Shown in pieces: positions 17,082-27,053 of a stretch of DNA of 37,673 bases (its first letter is position 1; every line of letters begins with the position of its first letter). The notes under the pieces are model-generated. The model did no database searches. It was given only the letters and a program-made list of their open reading frames with translations, and had not been told where the DNA came from. Source of the DNA: Salpingoeca rosetta. Taxonomy: Eukaryota > Protista > Choanoflagellata. The translations under genes and the position numbers were made by a program. The DNA is taken from contig JAWQFM010000032.1 of NCBI GenBank assembly GCA_033442325.1, forward strand, positions 680,117 through 717,789, given 5' to 3'.

Positions 17082-17219
17082 GGAGAGATAAGTCGTTGCA
17101 CGTGCAACGCGTTGCAGTGAGAGAACGTGTCTGAACGAGAGAAGTGAATGCGAAGTATGGTGTCCTGAAGAGGAGATGCCAATGATGACTGAGCCAACAC
17201 ACAGGCTTGCCTGTCAACA
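17082..17219 (-). mobile_element. Diverged 5' fragment of an LTR related to copia family A
   Basis: The reverse complement starts TGTTGACAGGCAAG and continues ...AGTCATCATTG...GACACCA...GCATTCAC...TTGCACGTGCA, colinear with the LTR at 17765. Confidence 0.7.
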
Positions 17220-17764
17220 ACAACGCTATTCGAGGGCCTGCACCCCAGATCGTATCGCGACAGCATGAAGCTGCCTTGGAAGAAGTTTAGCAAATACTTC
17301 CCTCCTTTTCAATTCAATGCTGGTTCGTTTGACGCTGCAACAGTGGGTTTTTAACAGTACATCCCTTTGTTTGAGGCGATCCCAAAAGACGCCAACGTGA
17401 CCCACATATGGCCGAGACAGATGCCGGAGGAAAGAGTGGTTACATCCACGGCGGTTGTCGCAGGTGCACACCATCGGATATGAATGCGAACTGGCGCACG
17501 CCATGCATGGCAAGAACTTTTGCCAAGCTCACGCGCGTGGTGTGTGGAGCCTTGTGTTTTCTTGTTCTTCATTTTTTTTATTGTTTGGCTGTTCCTGCTT
17601 GATTGCAAACGGTTTTGATACTCACAGCAACTGCGCTGCTGCATGTCCAACTTTACAGTTGTGACACACCCACGCCCGCGCAACTCACTTCGTAGCCTAG
17701 CACTCACACCAACGCACACACACAGCAACACAGCAACAAAAGCACACCCTGCTTGTTTGATTAA

Positions 17765-18170
17765 TGTTGACAGGCAAGTCCTGTCTGCTGAGTCATCATT
17801 GACCTCCCTCTTTCACGACACCACAAATTTGCATTCACCTCTCTTGTGTTCTGGAATGTTCACGTGATTTCCCTCCAACCTGTTGCACGTGCAGTGTTTA
17901 CCTTGTGTGGTTGCTCGATGTTACATGCTCTTGCATAACACACCACATAACCACACAACTCTCAACAAACACTGCCACGTCACCACTTTGCGTTGTCGAC
18001 AATTCTTGTCTTCTGCTCTGTTTCTTTCTGTTGGAGTGTTCATTCATCCTACATCCTTGTTTGCTTCACAACTCAAGTAAACACACACAACCCTCTTTGC
18101 CAGGCGAACGTTCGCACACAGCACACACACAAGTCTCCAACAACAGCACCACCACCATGAGTGTTCAACA
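17765..18170 (+). mobile_element. Solo LTR, family A (TGTTG...CAACA)
   Basis: Highly similar over about 300 bp to the reverse complement of 19940-20390. Terminal inverted repeats are present. The flanks (ATTAA / AGGAT) are not a TSD. Confidence 0.85.
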
Positions 18171-18261
18171 AGGATAAACCGTTAGTGCAATGTGTTATCC
18201 CCGAATAAGTTGTGCATTCCACGGGAATCTTGAACGCTGCTCAAATTCCTGACGACGAACC

Positions 18262-18547
18262 ATGAAGAGCATCGAAGTTGCAAGGGTTGGGACTTGCGTG
18301 GATTTGCCCGTTCAGGCAAGAAGCGTGTGCCTGTGCCCGCATAAACTACCTGCACCAGGCTTGGAGGGTCTGGGATGGGGGAAGGTGGACCAGCAGGCGC
18401 GGCGACAAGGCAGGTGCAAGGTGTGCGGGCGAAAGACTGCGTACTACCGTATGCAAACCGAACAATTCCTTTTGCACGCACCACATTGGTGACCATATCT
18501 ACGAGGAGCTCGGCATCTGCGCACCTTTTAATGCTAACAGAGCCTGA
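18262..18547 (+). pseudogene. Degenerate C-terminal Cys-rich zinc finger of a piggyBac-like DNA transposase
   Basis: RRQGRCKVCGRKTAYY continues after a frameshift as VCKPNNSFCTHH. This resembles the RCxxC..T.Y.CxxC...LC cysteine-rich tail of piggyBac-type transposases. No catalytic domain or TIRs are visible. Confidence 0.45.
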
Positions 18548-18639
18548 ATCTTATGACGTCATACCTAACAACAAAAGCCAAAATTAGCGAGATGGCGTAC
18601 AGGAAGCAGGCGGTGATGATGCAGGCTGTTGTGCCGAGA

Positions 18640-18875
18640 TGTCGGTAGTGTAGTGTAAGTAGTGTAATGCGAATGTAGACTGTCGAGAAGTGAATGAACA
18701 ATCGAACAAACATCAAGTGAACAAACAACAAGTGAGAGAGGTGAACAACAAGTACACGTGGAAGCAACAAGTACACGCAGCAGCCATCTTGCGTGCGTGC
18801 AGGTTGATGCAAGATTGCATGCATACAAGTGGTTGGGTATGTTGTGTGAAAGCTGAGTCAGCATTTCACACAACA
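18640..18875 (-). mobile_element. Putative LTR of a further family (D), TG...CA bounded; a related partial copy lies at 19538-19685
   Basis: Both copies share GAATGAACAATC, AGGTGAACAACAAGTACACGTGG and the end GCATTTCACACAACA. Orientation is inferred only from the shared LTR motif. Confidence 0.5.
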
Positions 18876-19083
18876 CTGTTCATTGTTTAGATTGTTTGTG
18901 TTCGTGCACACTCTGCCCATGTCGCCTTGGCAGCGTTGTTGGCTGTGTGCACAGATGTGATGGTTGTTTGAGCGTGCTGCCCGAGTTGATTTGGCAGCAG
19001 CTTGTTATGCTTGTTCATTCTCCTTGTGTTCTTGTTTGTTGCGTTTGCCTACAGTATACACACGTGACTGCCCCATCGCAACA
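18876..19083 (+). mobile_element. 3' fragment of an LTR related to copia family C
   Basis: Reverse-complement match to about 28004-28200 (GTTTAGATTGTTTGTGTTCGTGCACACTCT; GGTTGTTTGAGCGTGCTGCCCGAGTTGATTTGGCAGCAGCTTG; GCTTGTTCATTCTCCTTGTGTTCTTGTTTGTTGCGTTTGCCTACAGTA). It ends in CAACA. Confidence 0.8.
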
Positions 19084-19381
19084 CGTTTTATGGCAGGATT
19101 TGTTGACTCAGGAAGCATTGACACTGGAACCATGCTAGCAACAATTACGGCTCAAGGGCATCGACTCTGTTGGCAACAAGTGCAGCTTCAATCAACTCTT
19201 GCAAGATCAACCAAAGGAAACTGTGTTGAGTCTGCATTTCCACAGATGTTGTGGCAATATATGAAAGTTCCCAGTGTCCGCGAGTCTGGTGACCAGTTTT
19301 AAGCTCTTGCGATCGAAGAGGGGCGCCAGGCAACTATTCACGTTTACGCATCATCAACAAACGTACAAGCGTATGCAATAC

Positions 19382-19537
19382 TGTGAACATTCATGGTGGT
19401 GGTGCTGTTGTTGGAGACTTGTGTGTGTGCTGTGTGTGCTGTGTGTGCTGTGTGTGTTTTGTGGGACATTATCTTGACAAGGGGGAGTTGTGTGTGTGTG
19501 TTTATTTGAGTTGTGCAGCAAACAAGGATGTAGGATT
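19382..19537 (-). mobile_element. 3' fragment of a family A LTR
   Basis: CATGGTGGTGGTGCTGTTGTTGGAGACTTG...GAGTTGTG...GCAAACAAGGATGTAGGAT matches 19950-20109 and the reverse complement of 18046-18170. Confidence 0.8.
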
Positions 19538-19685
19538 GAAAGACCCAGATATGGGTAGTCTGGTGTATTGTGAGTGAGAACTAGTCGTGGAGAGAATGAA
19601 CAATCAAAAGAACAAGTAAGCAGGTGAACAACAAGTACACGTGGCAGTCAAGTGGGAATGATGTGTGAAAGGCATTTCACACAAC
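19538..19685 (-). mobile_element. Second, diverged copy of putative LTR family D
   Basis: Shares blocks with 18690-18875 and ends GCATTTCACACAACA. Confidence 0.5.
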
Positions 19686-19939
19686 ATGGGTTGGTTGCAA
19701 GTCACGTCAAGCACCAGTCAACCCTTAGTGTGAACAATGTGTCCTTGTTGTGTAGAGGGGCATAATTCGTGACCTCTCGCATCTTGTTCGCTTTCCTTCG
19801 ACCCCAGAAGTCATCACACGAGACACAGAGTGTTGGTCGGAGCACGACGAGCCGGGGCCGGATTAGGCCATTTTACCACTGAATTCCCCCGGTGCAAAAT
19901 GATTTCAGCTGGTGACAGAAATACCGACAAAAGCATAAG

Positions 19940-20390
19940 TGTTGCAAGCTCATGGTGTGGTGCTGTTGTTGGAGACTTGCGTGTGTGTGTGTGTGTGTGC
20001 TGTGTGTGCTGTGTGTGCTGTGTGTGCTGTGTGTTGTGTGGGAGATTGTCTTGGCAAGAGAGAGTTGTGTGTGTTTACTTGAGTTGTGAAGCAAACAAGG
20101 ATGTAGGATGAATGAACACTCCAACAGAAAGAAACAGAACAGAAGACAAGAATTGTCGACAACGCAAAGTGGTGACGTGGCAGTGTTTGTTGAGAGTTGT
20201 GTGGTTATGTGGTGTGTTATGCAAGAGCATGTAACATCGAGCAACCACACAAGGTAAACACTGCACGTGCAACAGGTTGGAGGGAAATCACGTGAACATT
20301 CCAGAACACAAGAGAGGTGAATGCAAATTTGTGGTGTCGTGAAGAATGGAGGTCAATGATGACTCAGCAGACAGGACTTGCCTGTCAACA
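19940..20390 (-). mobile_element. 3' LTR (family A), preceded by a polypurine tract
   Basis: The minus strand reads GCGGGGGAG|TGTTGACAGG...GCTTGCAACA, with the PPT at 20391-20399. Its link to the RT at 20815-21975 is inferred across an N gap. Confidence 0.85.
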
Positions 20391-20814
20391 CTCCCCCGCA
20401 TTGACCTACCTCTCTGCTGCGTTGATGTTCTGAAACGTGATGAGCATGTGGATGATGTCATGCATGTAGGAATGGCATGGGCAGATGTAGGTGAGATGTG
20501 AGTAAAGGACGTGTGTTGTGGAACACGTTTAAGAAAATGGTTGGTGCCTGTGGTGCGCAGCCTGTTGTGGAAGCTGGCCCGAGTGAAGCGTGTCCTGTGG
20601 TGCGCGGCCGCTTNNNNNNNNNNNNNNNNNNNNNNNNNNNNNNNNNNNNNNNNNNNNNNNNNNNNNNNNNNNNNNNNNNNNNNNNNNNNNNNNNNNNNNN
20701 NNNNNNNNNNNNNNNNNNNNNNNNNNNNNNNNNNNNNNNNNNNNNNNNNNNNNNNNNNNNNNNNNNNNNNNNNNNNNNNNNNNNNNNNNNNNNNNNNNNN
20801 NNNNNNNNNNNNNN

Positions 20815-21975
20815 CGTCGGCAGTGCTGCCGTTGCTGGTGTCGCCAGTGGCGGCGTACTTGATGGTGTAGGACAAGGTGCCCTTGATGTAGCGAAGAAGG
20901 TGCTTGGCAGCCTTCCAGTGGTCCATGCCGAAGTGCTGCATGCGGCGAGACAGGATGGAGACAGCCGCCGAGATGTCTGGGCGCGTCATCGTCGCAGCAT
21001 AGAGGAGGGAGCCAAGCAGCTCGCGGAACGGCACATCCGGGAGTGGCTCCTCCTTGTCGGCTGGCTTGTCAACGTAGCCTGTGCAGAGCGGCGTGCCGAC
21101 AGGCTTGCAGTCAGCCATGCCGAAGGTCTCCAGCACGCTGCGCAGGTAGTGCTCCTGGCTCATGGTGACGGTCCTGGCCTTGCGGTCGTGCTGCACCTTG
21201 ATGCCGAGACATATGTCTGGGCTGCCCAGGTCCTTCATCTTGAAGCGCTTGGAGATGGCCTTCTTGAACGCGGCCATGTCGCTGTCGCTGTCGGCGAAGA
21301 TGAGCAGGTCGTCCACGTAGACGGCAACCCACATCATCTTGCCACCCTTGCAGGTGCGGCGGTAGATGCAGGCGTCCGTGGCTGTGGCGACGAAGTCCTG
21401 CTCGCGCATCCAGGCGTCCAGCGTGTGGTTCCACAGACGCGGGCTCTGCTTCAGCCCATACAGCCCGCGCTTGAGGCGCAGGACTGTATTCGGCGAGAAG
21501 ATGCCGTCGACGGCCGGTGGCTGGACGTAGATCTCGTGATCCACGGGTCGCGTTGAGGACGCCGTGTTGACGTCCATCTGTTGGATGTCATGCCACGCNN
21601 NNNNNNNNNNNNNNNNNNNNNNNNNNNNNNNNNNNNNNNNNNNNNNNNNNNNNNNNNNNNNNNNNNNNNNNNNNNNNNNNNNNNNNNNNNNNNNNNNNNN
21701 NNNNNNNNNNNNNNNNNNNNNNNNNNNNNNNNNNNNNNNNNNNNNNNNNNNNNNNNNNNNNNNNNNNNNNNNNNNNNNNNNNNNNNNNNNNNNNNNNNNN
21801 NNNNNNNNNNGACGTCGTAGACGTCATTGGCCTGCATTGCCGCAAACTCGTCCAGGATGGCTTGGCGCCACTCCTCAGAGTCTGGCGAGGCAAGCGCCTC
21901 CTTGACGGTGGCTGGCTCAGCTGACGTGGCAACACTGCCAGCAGCGATGTCTGGTAGATGACCACCCACTGCTGA
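20815..21975 (-). mobile_element. Ty1/copia family A, copy 1: start of RT through the RT/RNase H linker (gap 21599-21810), cut at 21975 by the element B LTR
   Basis: EPATVKEALASPDSEEWRQAILDE, QMDVNTA, LKRGLYGLKQSPRLW, VYVDDLLI, FKMKDLG, LGSLLYAATMTRPDIS. Confidence 0.9.
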
Positions 21976-22370
21976 TGTGACATGTCGAACGCAAGACAAG
22001 CAGAGGATGTGCGTGTGTTTGTGTGTGCGTGCGTTAGCGTAGTGGTATGCTCACTTGTCTGCGTGTGTTTGTGTGGGTTTACTGTGTGATGTGGAAGACA
22101 GACGGGAACAAGGATGAATGAACACAAGTGAAGCACTCCCGCATTGTGGCAGAAACAACAAAGAGATTGGACGAAGAACAACACGCAAACATATGCAATA
22201 CTGCACTTTGTGTGGAAGCAACACACAGCTTGAACGAAGAAAACGGAAGTGTAACAACCACAGCAGAAACCGGTTGGATCGCAGAACTATTCATGCTGTC
22301 TCCAGCTTTCCGGACATAAGCAAACACACCCACATGCACATGACACGGACTCGTCTCTCCACACACCCCC

Positions 22371-25300
22371 TCAACTCGCATGCAGCACTTGCTCTCGGCA
22401 CTGCGTCAGAGATGGACGAGGCAGGGCCTTCGTCAGCATGTCTGCAAGCAGCTTTGTGCCGGGTTCATACACTGCCTTGACGACGCCTTCGCCAATGAGC
22501 TCGCGCAGAAGGTGATAACGCAGCCGTATGTGTTTGGAGCCGCCCTTGGCCACGGGATTGGTAGCAATGCACATGGCAGACTGGCTGTCCATGTGGAGTG
22601 GTGTGGTGCCGACGTCGAAGCCCAGCTCCTGGAGGAGTTGTCGCAGGTACACCGCAGCCTGTGCTGCGCGCGCAGCGGCGACGTACTCTGTCTCCGCCGA
22701 TGATGTTGTGACGAGAGGCAGCCTCTTGGACAGCCATGTCACAGGGCCACCGGCGATGGTGAACAAGTGGCCTCCATGCCCCTTCGACGTGTAGGGGTCA
22801 GACATGTGACTTGCGTCTGTGTAGCCAAGGAGTTGAAGCGAATCACCCGCACTGTACTTGATTGCCAGAGCCGCCGTGCCCCGTAGGTACTTGCAGACAT
22901 GTCTGGCCGCGTGTAGGTGCTGCTTGCCGGGTTGCTGGATAAATCTGGAGAGCACGGATGTGGCGTAGCTGATGTCGGGACGCGTCGTCACTGCGAGATA
23001 CAGCAGACTGCCAATGATGCTCTGGTAGTGACGAACGTCGACCTCGGCTTGTTCCACCGGCACGAGCTTCATCTTGACGGGGAGTGGAGTTGCCTTCGCC
23101 TTGCAGTCCTCCAGGCCTTCTTGCTTCAGCACAGTCTGGATGTAGTCGTGCTGGTTCAGCGTCATAACGCCGCGTTCTCTGTCATAGGAGATCGCAATGC
23201 TGAGGTATTGTCGTGGCGCGCCCAAGTTCTTGAGGTCGTAGTTGGCTGCAAGCACAGCCTCTGCACGGTCCATGTGCTCCTGTGTCGTTGCCGCCACAAG
23301 GAAGTCGTCGACGTGCACGCAAATCATGACTGTGCGATCCTGGTTGACGAAGATGCAGGCGTCGGACCGCAAACGCTGGAAGCCGCTGCCGCCAATCGTC
23401 TTCCAGACAGATGCGTACCACAGCTTCGGCGCCTGGCGCAGGCCATAGAGGCTCTTGCGCAGCTTCAGCACAGACCCGGCAGGGAGGTTCGCTGCCTGCG
23501 GCGGACGCACAAACACGTTTGCCATGTCGAGCTCGGCATGGAGAAAAGCCGCAGACACATCGAACTGGCACAGCAGCATGTGTCGCTGGGCTGTAGCAGC
23601 GAGAAAGGTGCGCAGAGCCTCGAAGCGTGTCGTGGGCGAAAATACATCTGCGTATGTGTCCTCCGTCTGCCGGTTGCCGCAGCAAACAAACCGGACTTTG
23701 TGGACAATACTGCCGTCCGGTTTGTGTTTCACAGCAAAGACGAGCTTGGACGGTATTGGTCGCACGCCCATGGGAAGAGTGCGCTGGTCAACGATGTCGA
23801 AGACGTCGTGCCGAATCATGTTACTCCACTCCTTGACGAAGGCCTCCTGCCACTTGCTCTTGTGTGCAGAGGCCATGGCGTCCCGCCATGTCTTGGGGAC
23901 CGGCTGCTGCGGTGGCTGGTGCGTCTGTACCATCGCATTCTTCAACAGGGTAGTCCGCAGGCAGAGGATGTCGGTCTCGTAGCCGTCACTGTCGTCGCTG
24001 TGATCGCCATCGCCATCGTCATCACTGCCGTCGTCTGCCGTTGACGAGTCAGGATGCTTGCTGTTGACGGCACAGCTTGTCTTCTGCTGTGCTGACGTCA
24101 CTGTCGTCGCTGTGATCGCCATCGCCATCGTCATCACTGCCGTCGTCTGCCGTTGACGAGTCAGGATGCTTGCTGTTGACGGCACAGCTTGTCTTCTGCT
24201 GTGCTGATTGCGCGAGTGGTGCAGATGTTTGTGCGCCGCCGCTGTCGCCCTGCCGCATGGGGTCAGGTGTGTCCTCGTCGCCCTGCCGCATGGGATCAGG
24301 TGTGTTCTCATCGCCCTGCCGCATGGGGTCAGGTGTGGATGCTGTTGCTGCTGGCATCACCCATAGGTTCTGCACAGTGCTGGTGCCGTTGCTGCCTGTG
24401 AGTGGTGATGTCGGTAAAGCACCCCCTTGACTCGTGCAGTCAACCTCTTCCAGGAAGTCAACGTGGATGGAGGACCTCACTCGCCCAGTTGCCTTGACGT
24501 AGATGCGATGCGCGTTGCATCGCGTGTCGAAGCCAACATAGAAGCCTTCCATGGCCCGTCGGGGAAAGGCCTTGCTCTTGTCCGTGTGGACGTGGTCATA
24601 CACGAACGCCTTGCAGCCGAAGACGCGCACGTGCTGCAGTGGCGAAGGCTTGGCGAAGAGAGCCTGGTACGGTGACATGCCCAGTTGGGAGTGCGGAAGA
24701 AGGTTGTACACCCATGCAGAGTGTCCAAGCGCAGCAGACCAGAGCTTGTCCTTGAGGTGCTGCGGCAGTGGTGCCGTGTGCAGCATGGCAGCGGCAGACT
24801 CCTTCAGCGTGCGAATGCTTCGCTCCACAAGCCCGTTGTGCTCGTACACATGTGGCGGACTGTAGCGAAGGCGAAGGCCAAGCTCGTTTGCCGTTTGCAC
24901 GAAACGCCGAGACGTGAAGACGGGATCGCTGTCCGTTTGAACGAGGGTGCCACGGTCAACTGGTATTGGCGTCGTTGCAACGAAGTGGCGAAGCGCATCT
25001 GCAGCCTCGCTCTTGGCCTTGACATAGGTGCAGTCCATGAACCGGGTCCTCTCGTCTAGCCAAACCAGCGCGTACTTGCTGCCCTGGATCGACGGTGGGA
25101 AGGGCCCAAGAAGGTCGAGGTGCAGCGTGTCGCCCGGGCTTTCGGCATCTCGAACTGCCTGCTTGCTGATGGGCTTCTTCACCGTCTTGAAGGCCAGGCA
25201 GCCCTCACATGTGGCCGAGCTGGGGTCGCACGCAGGGTCGCTGCTGCTGCCCGTGCTGTCGCTAAACCGCACATTCTGCTCCTCCAGAGACTTGCGAATC

Positions 25301-25632
25301 GTGTGAAGGGAGCGATGGCCGAGGCGACGATGCCACGTGTGCAGCGTGTACACTGCGTTGCACTTCTGCATGACCTCGGGCTTGCCCAGCTGTGCGTCAA
25401 AGTAGTACGTCTTGTCGTCGTGCTGATGCAATGTCAGGATCGAGCCGTCAGGACAAGCAACCGCCGACGTCTCCTTGTCCAGGCACACCTTGAGGCCTGA
25501 GTCGACGAGCCTGCCGGCCGAGAGGATGTTGAACCCAAATGTGGGAAGAACATGACGTTGTTGATGGTCACAACGACATCCTCACCCGGGACTCCCTTCG
25601 TCTGCAGCACGACTGGCCTGCTTGCTCCACTG
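22371..25632 (-). CDS. pol: Copia B Pol (IN-RT-RNase H), frameshifted in the IN-RT linker
   Basis: IN: WHRRLGH...CEGC, LHLDLLGP, QTDSD, HNGLVERSIRTL, HVRVFGCKAF. RT: FDVSAAFL, LYGLRQAP, VHVDDF. RNase H: YTDAS, AETEY, MDSQSA, KHIRLRYH, ADMLTK. The IN and RT ORFs are in different frames. Confidence 0.9.
23984..24207. repeat. Perfect tandem duplication, 2 x 112 bp
   Basis: CGTCACTGTCGTCGCTGTGATCGCC...TCTGCTGTGCTGA occurs at 23984-24095 and 24096-24207. Confidence 0.95.
24245..24337 (-). repeat. In-frame 33-bp tandem repeat x3 encoding TPDPMRQGD(EN/ED/SG)
   Basis: TCGCCCTGCCGCATGGG(G/A)TCAGGTGTG is repeated three times. Confidence 0.95.
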
Positions 25633-25831
25633 NNNNNNNNNNNNNNNNNNNNNNNNNNNNNNNNNNNNNNNNNNNNNNNNNNNNNNNNNNNNNNNNNNNN
25701 NNNNNNNNNNNNNNNNNNNNNNNNNNNNNNNNNNNNNNNNNNNNNNNNNNNNNNNNNNNNNNNNNNNNNNNNNNNNNNNNNNNNNNNNNNNNNNNNNNNN
25801 NNNNNNNNNNNNNNNNNNNNNNNNNNNNNNN

Positions 25832-26662
25832 TGCCACAGGCTGACGACGATGATGCTGCTGTTGTTGCTGATGTTGCAGTCCTTGGCGCACGCCATCACC
25901 ACCACGCCCACCGGTCTGTCCTTGAGCGTTGGCTGGGTTGTGGTAGCACTCGTGCTCCTTGTGGTAACCAAACTTGCCACACCACTTGCAGATGGACTTT
26001 TGGCGCTGTTGTCGTGCCTTTCCCTCACCAGCCCTTCGCTTGGCAGACATGCGAAACACCTTGTCATCAAACGCTGATGCTGGTTGCTGTGGTGGAGTCG
26101 CGTGCAGAACCTTCATCATCGTCTCATTCACTGTTGCTGTTGGCTCTTTGAACTCCTTCATGAAGTCAGTGGGCTTGCTGCTGTGGAGACAGGCAAACAG
26201 AATCCAGGATGCTGTTGTTTCTTTCGTCATAGCCTCACTCATCTCGTACCCAGCCTTCATCTTCTCGTAGGCCGTCAACACTCTCTTGCTGTAGGAGTCT
26301 TGGCTGTCATCGTTCTGCCAAGCTGTTGCAGCAATGAACTCTGCGAGGTAGGTCGCCTTCTTTCGCTCATCGTTCGCGTGCTTGTAGTAGTTGTCGAGTG
26401 CGCGCCAAGCTGCTGTTGGATCATCATGCCCTCGCACAATCAAGGCCACCGCCTCCTCACAGTTCTCCAGCGCTAACATCAAGCTGAGGTGGACGTGCTC
26501 CTTCTCTTCCGTGGAGGCGCCCTCATCACCCTCAAGCACCTTCTCCGACCCGGGTAGTGTTCGTTTCACATACCGTTTGAAGTTGAGCTGGAAGAGGCGA
26601 AGTTGATCTGGACTCCCGTTGAAGTGGGGAAGGGAAGCCAGGGACAGGTCCATGGGTCTCAT
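25832..26662 (-). CDS. gag: Copia B Gag (continues into the N gap)
   Basis: The ATG overlaps the PBS (MRPMDLSLASLPHFNG). Motifs: AAWRALDNYY and the zinc knuckle CKWCGKFGYHKEHEC. Confidence 0.8.
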
Positions 26663-27053
26663 AATCTGTGCCATGTCGAACGCAAGACAAGCAGAGGATG
26701 TACGGGTGTTTGTGTGTGCGTGCGTTAGCGTAGTGGTATGCTCACTTGTCTGCGTGTGTTTGTGTGGGTTTACTGTGTGATGTGGAAGACAGACGGGAAC
26801 AAGGATGAATGAACACAAGTGAAGCACTCCCGCATTGTGGCAGAAACAACAAAGAGATTGGACGAAGAACAACACGCAAACATATGCAATACCGCACTTT
26901 GTGTGGAAGCAACACACAGCTTGAACGAAGAAAACGGAAGTGTAACGACCACAGCAGAACCGGTTGGATCGCAGAACTATTCATGCTGTCTCCAGCTTTC
27001 CGGACAGAAGCAAACACATCCACATGCACATGACACGGACTCGTCTCGCCACA

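Larger units (their letters stand above)
21976..27053 (-). mobile_element. Ty1/copia family B, full-length-looking element (5' LTR 26667-27053, 3' LTR 21976-22363)
   Basis: The 387/388-bp direct repeats are bounded by TG...CA. The PBS GATTATGAGACCCA (similar to the copia-type GGTTATGGGCCCA) directly follows the 5' LTR, and the PPT GAGGGGGTG precedes the 3' LTR. Domain order is gag-(PR in gap)-IN-RT-RH. Confidence 0.93.

Noticed and set aside
17220-17520. Coding-like stretch (TLFEGLHPRSYRDSMKLPWKKF...)
   Set aside because: It is interrupted by stops and I recognise no family, so it cannot be called without a database search.
20288-21577. 429-aa ORF suggesting RT fused to a novel C-terminus
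   Set aside because: It crosses the N gap 20614-20814. The portion after the gap has no RNase H motifs and runs into the LTR.
23984-24337. Direct repeats that might look like a CRISPR array
   Set aside because: They are head-to-tail tandem repeats without unique spacers, inside a retrotransposon pol gene in a eukaryote, and no cas genes are present.
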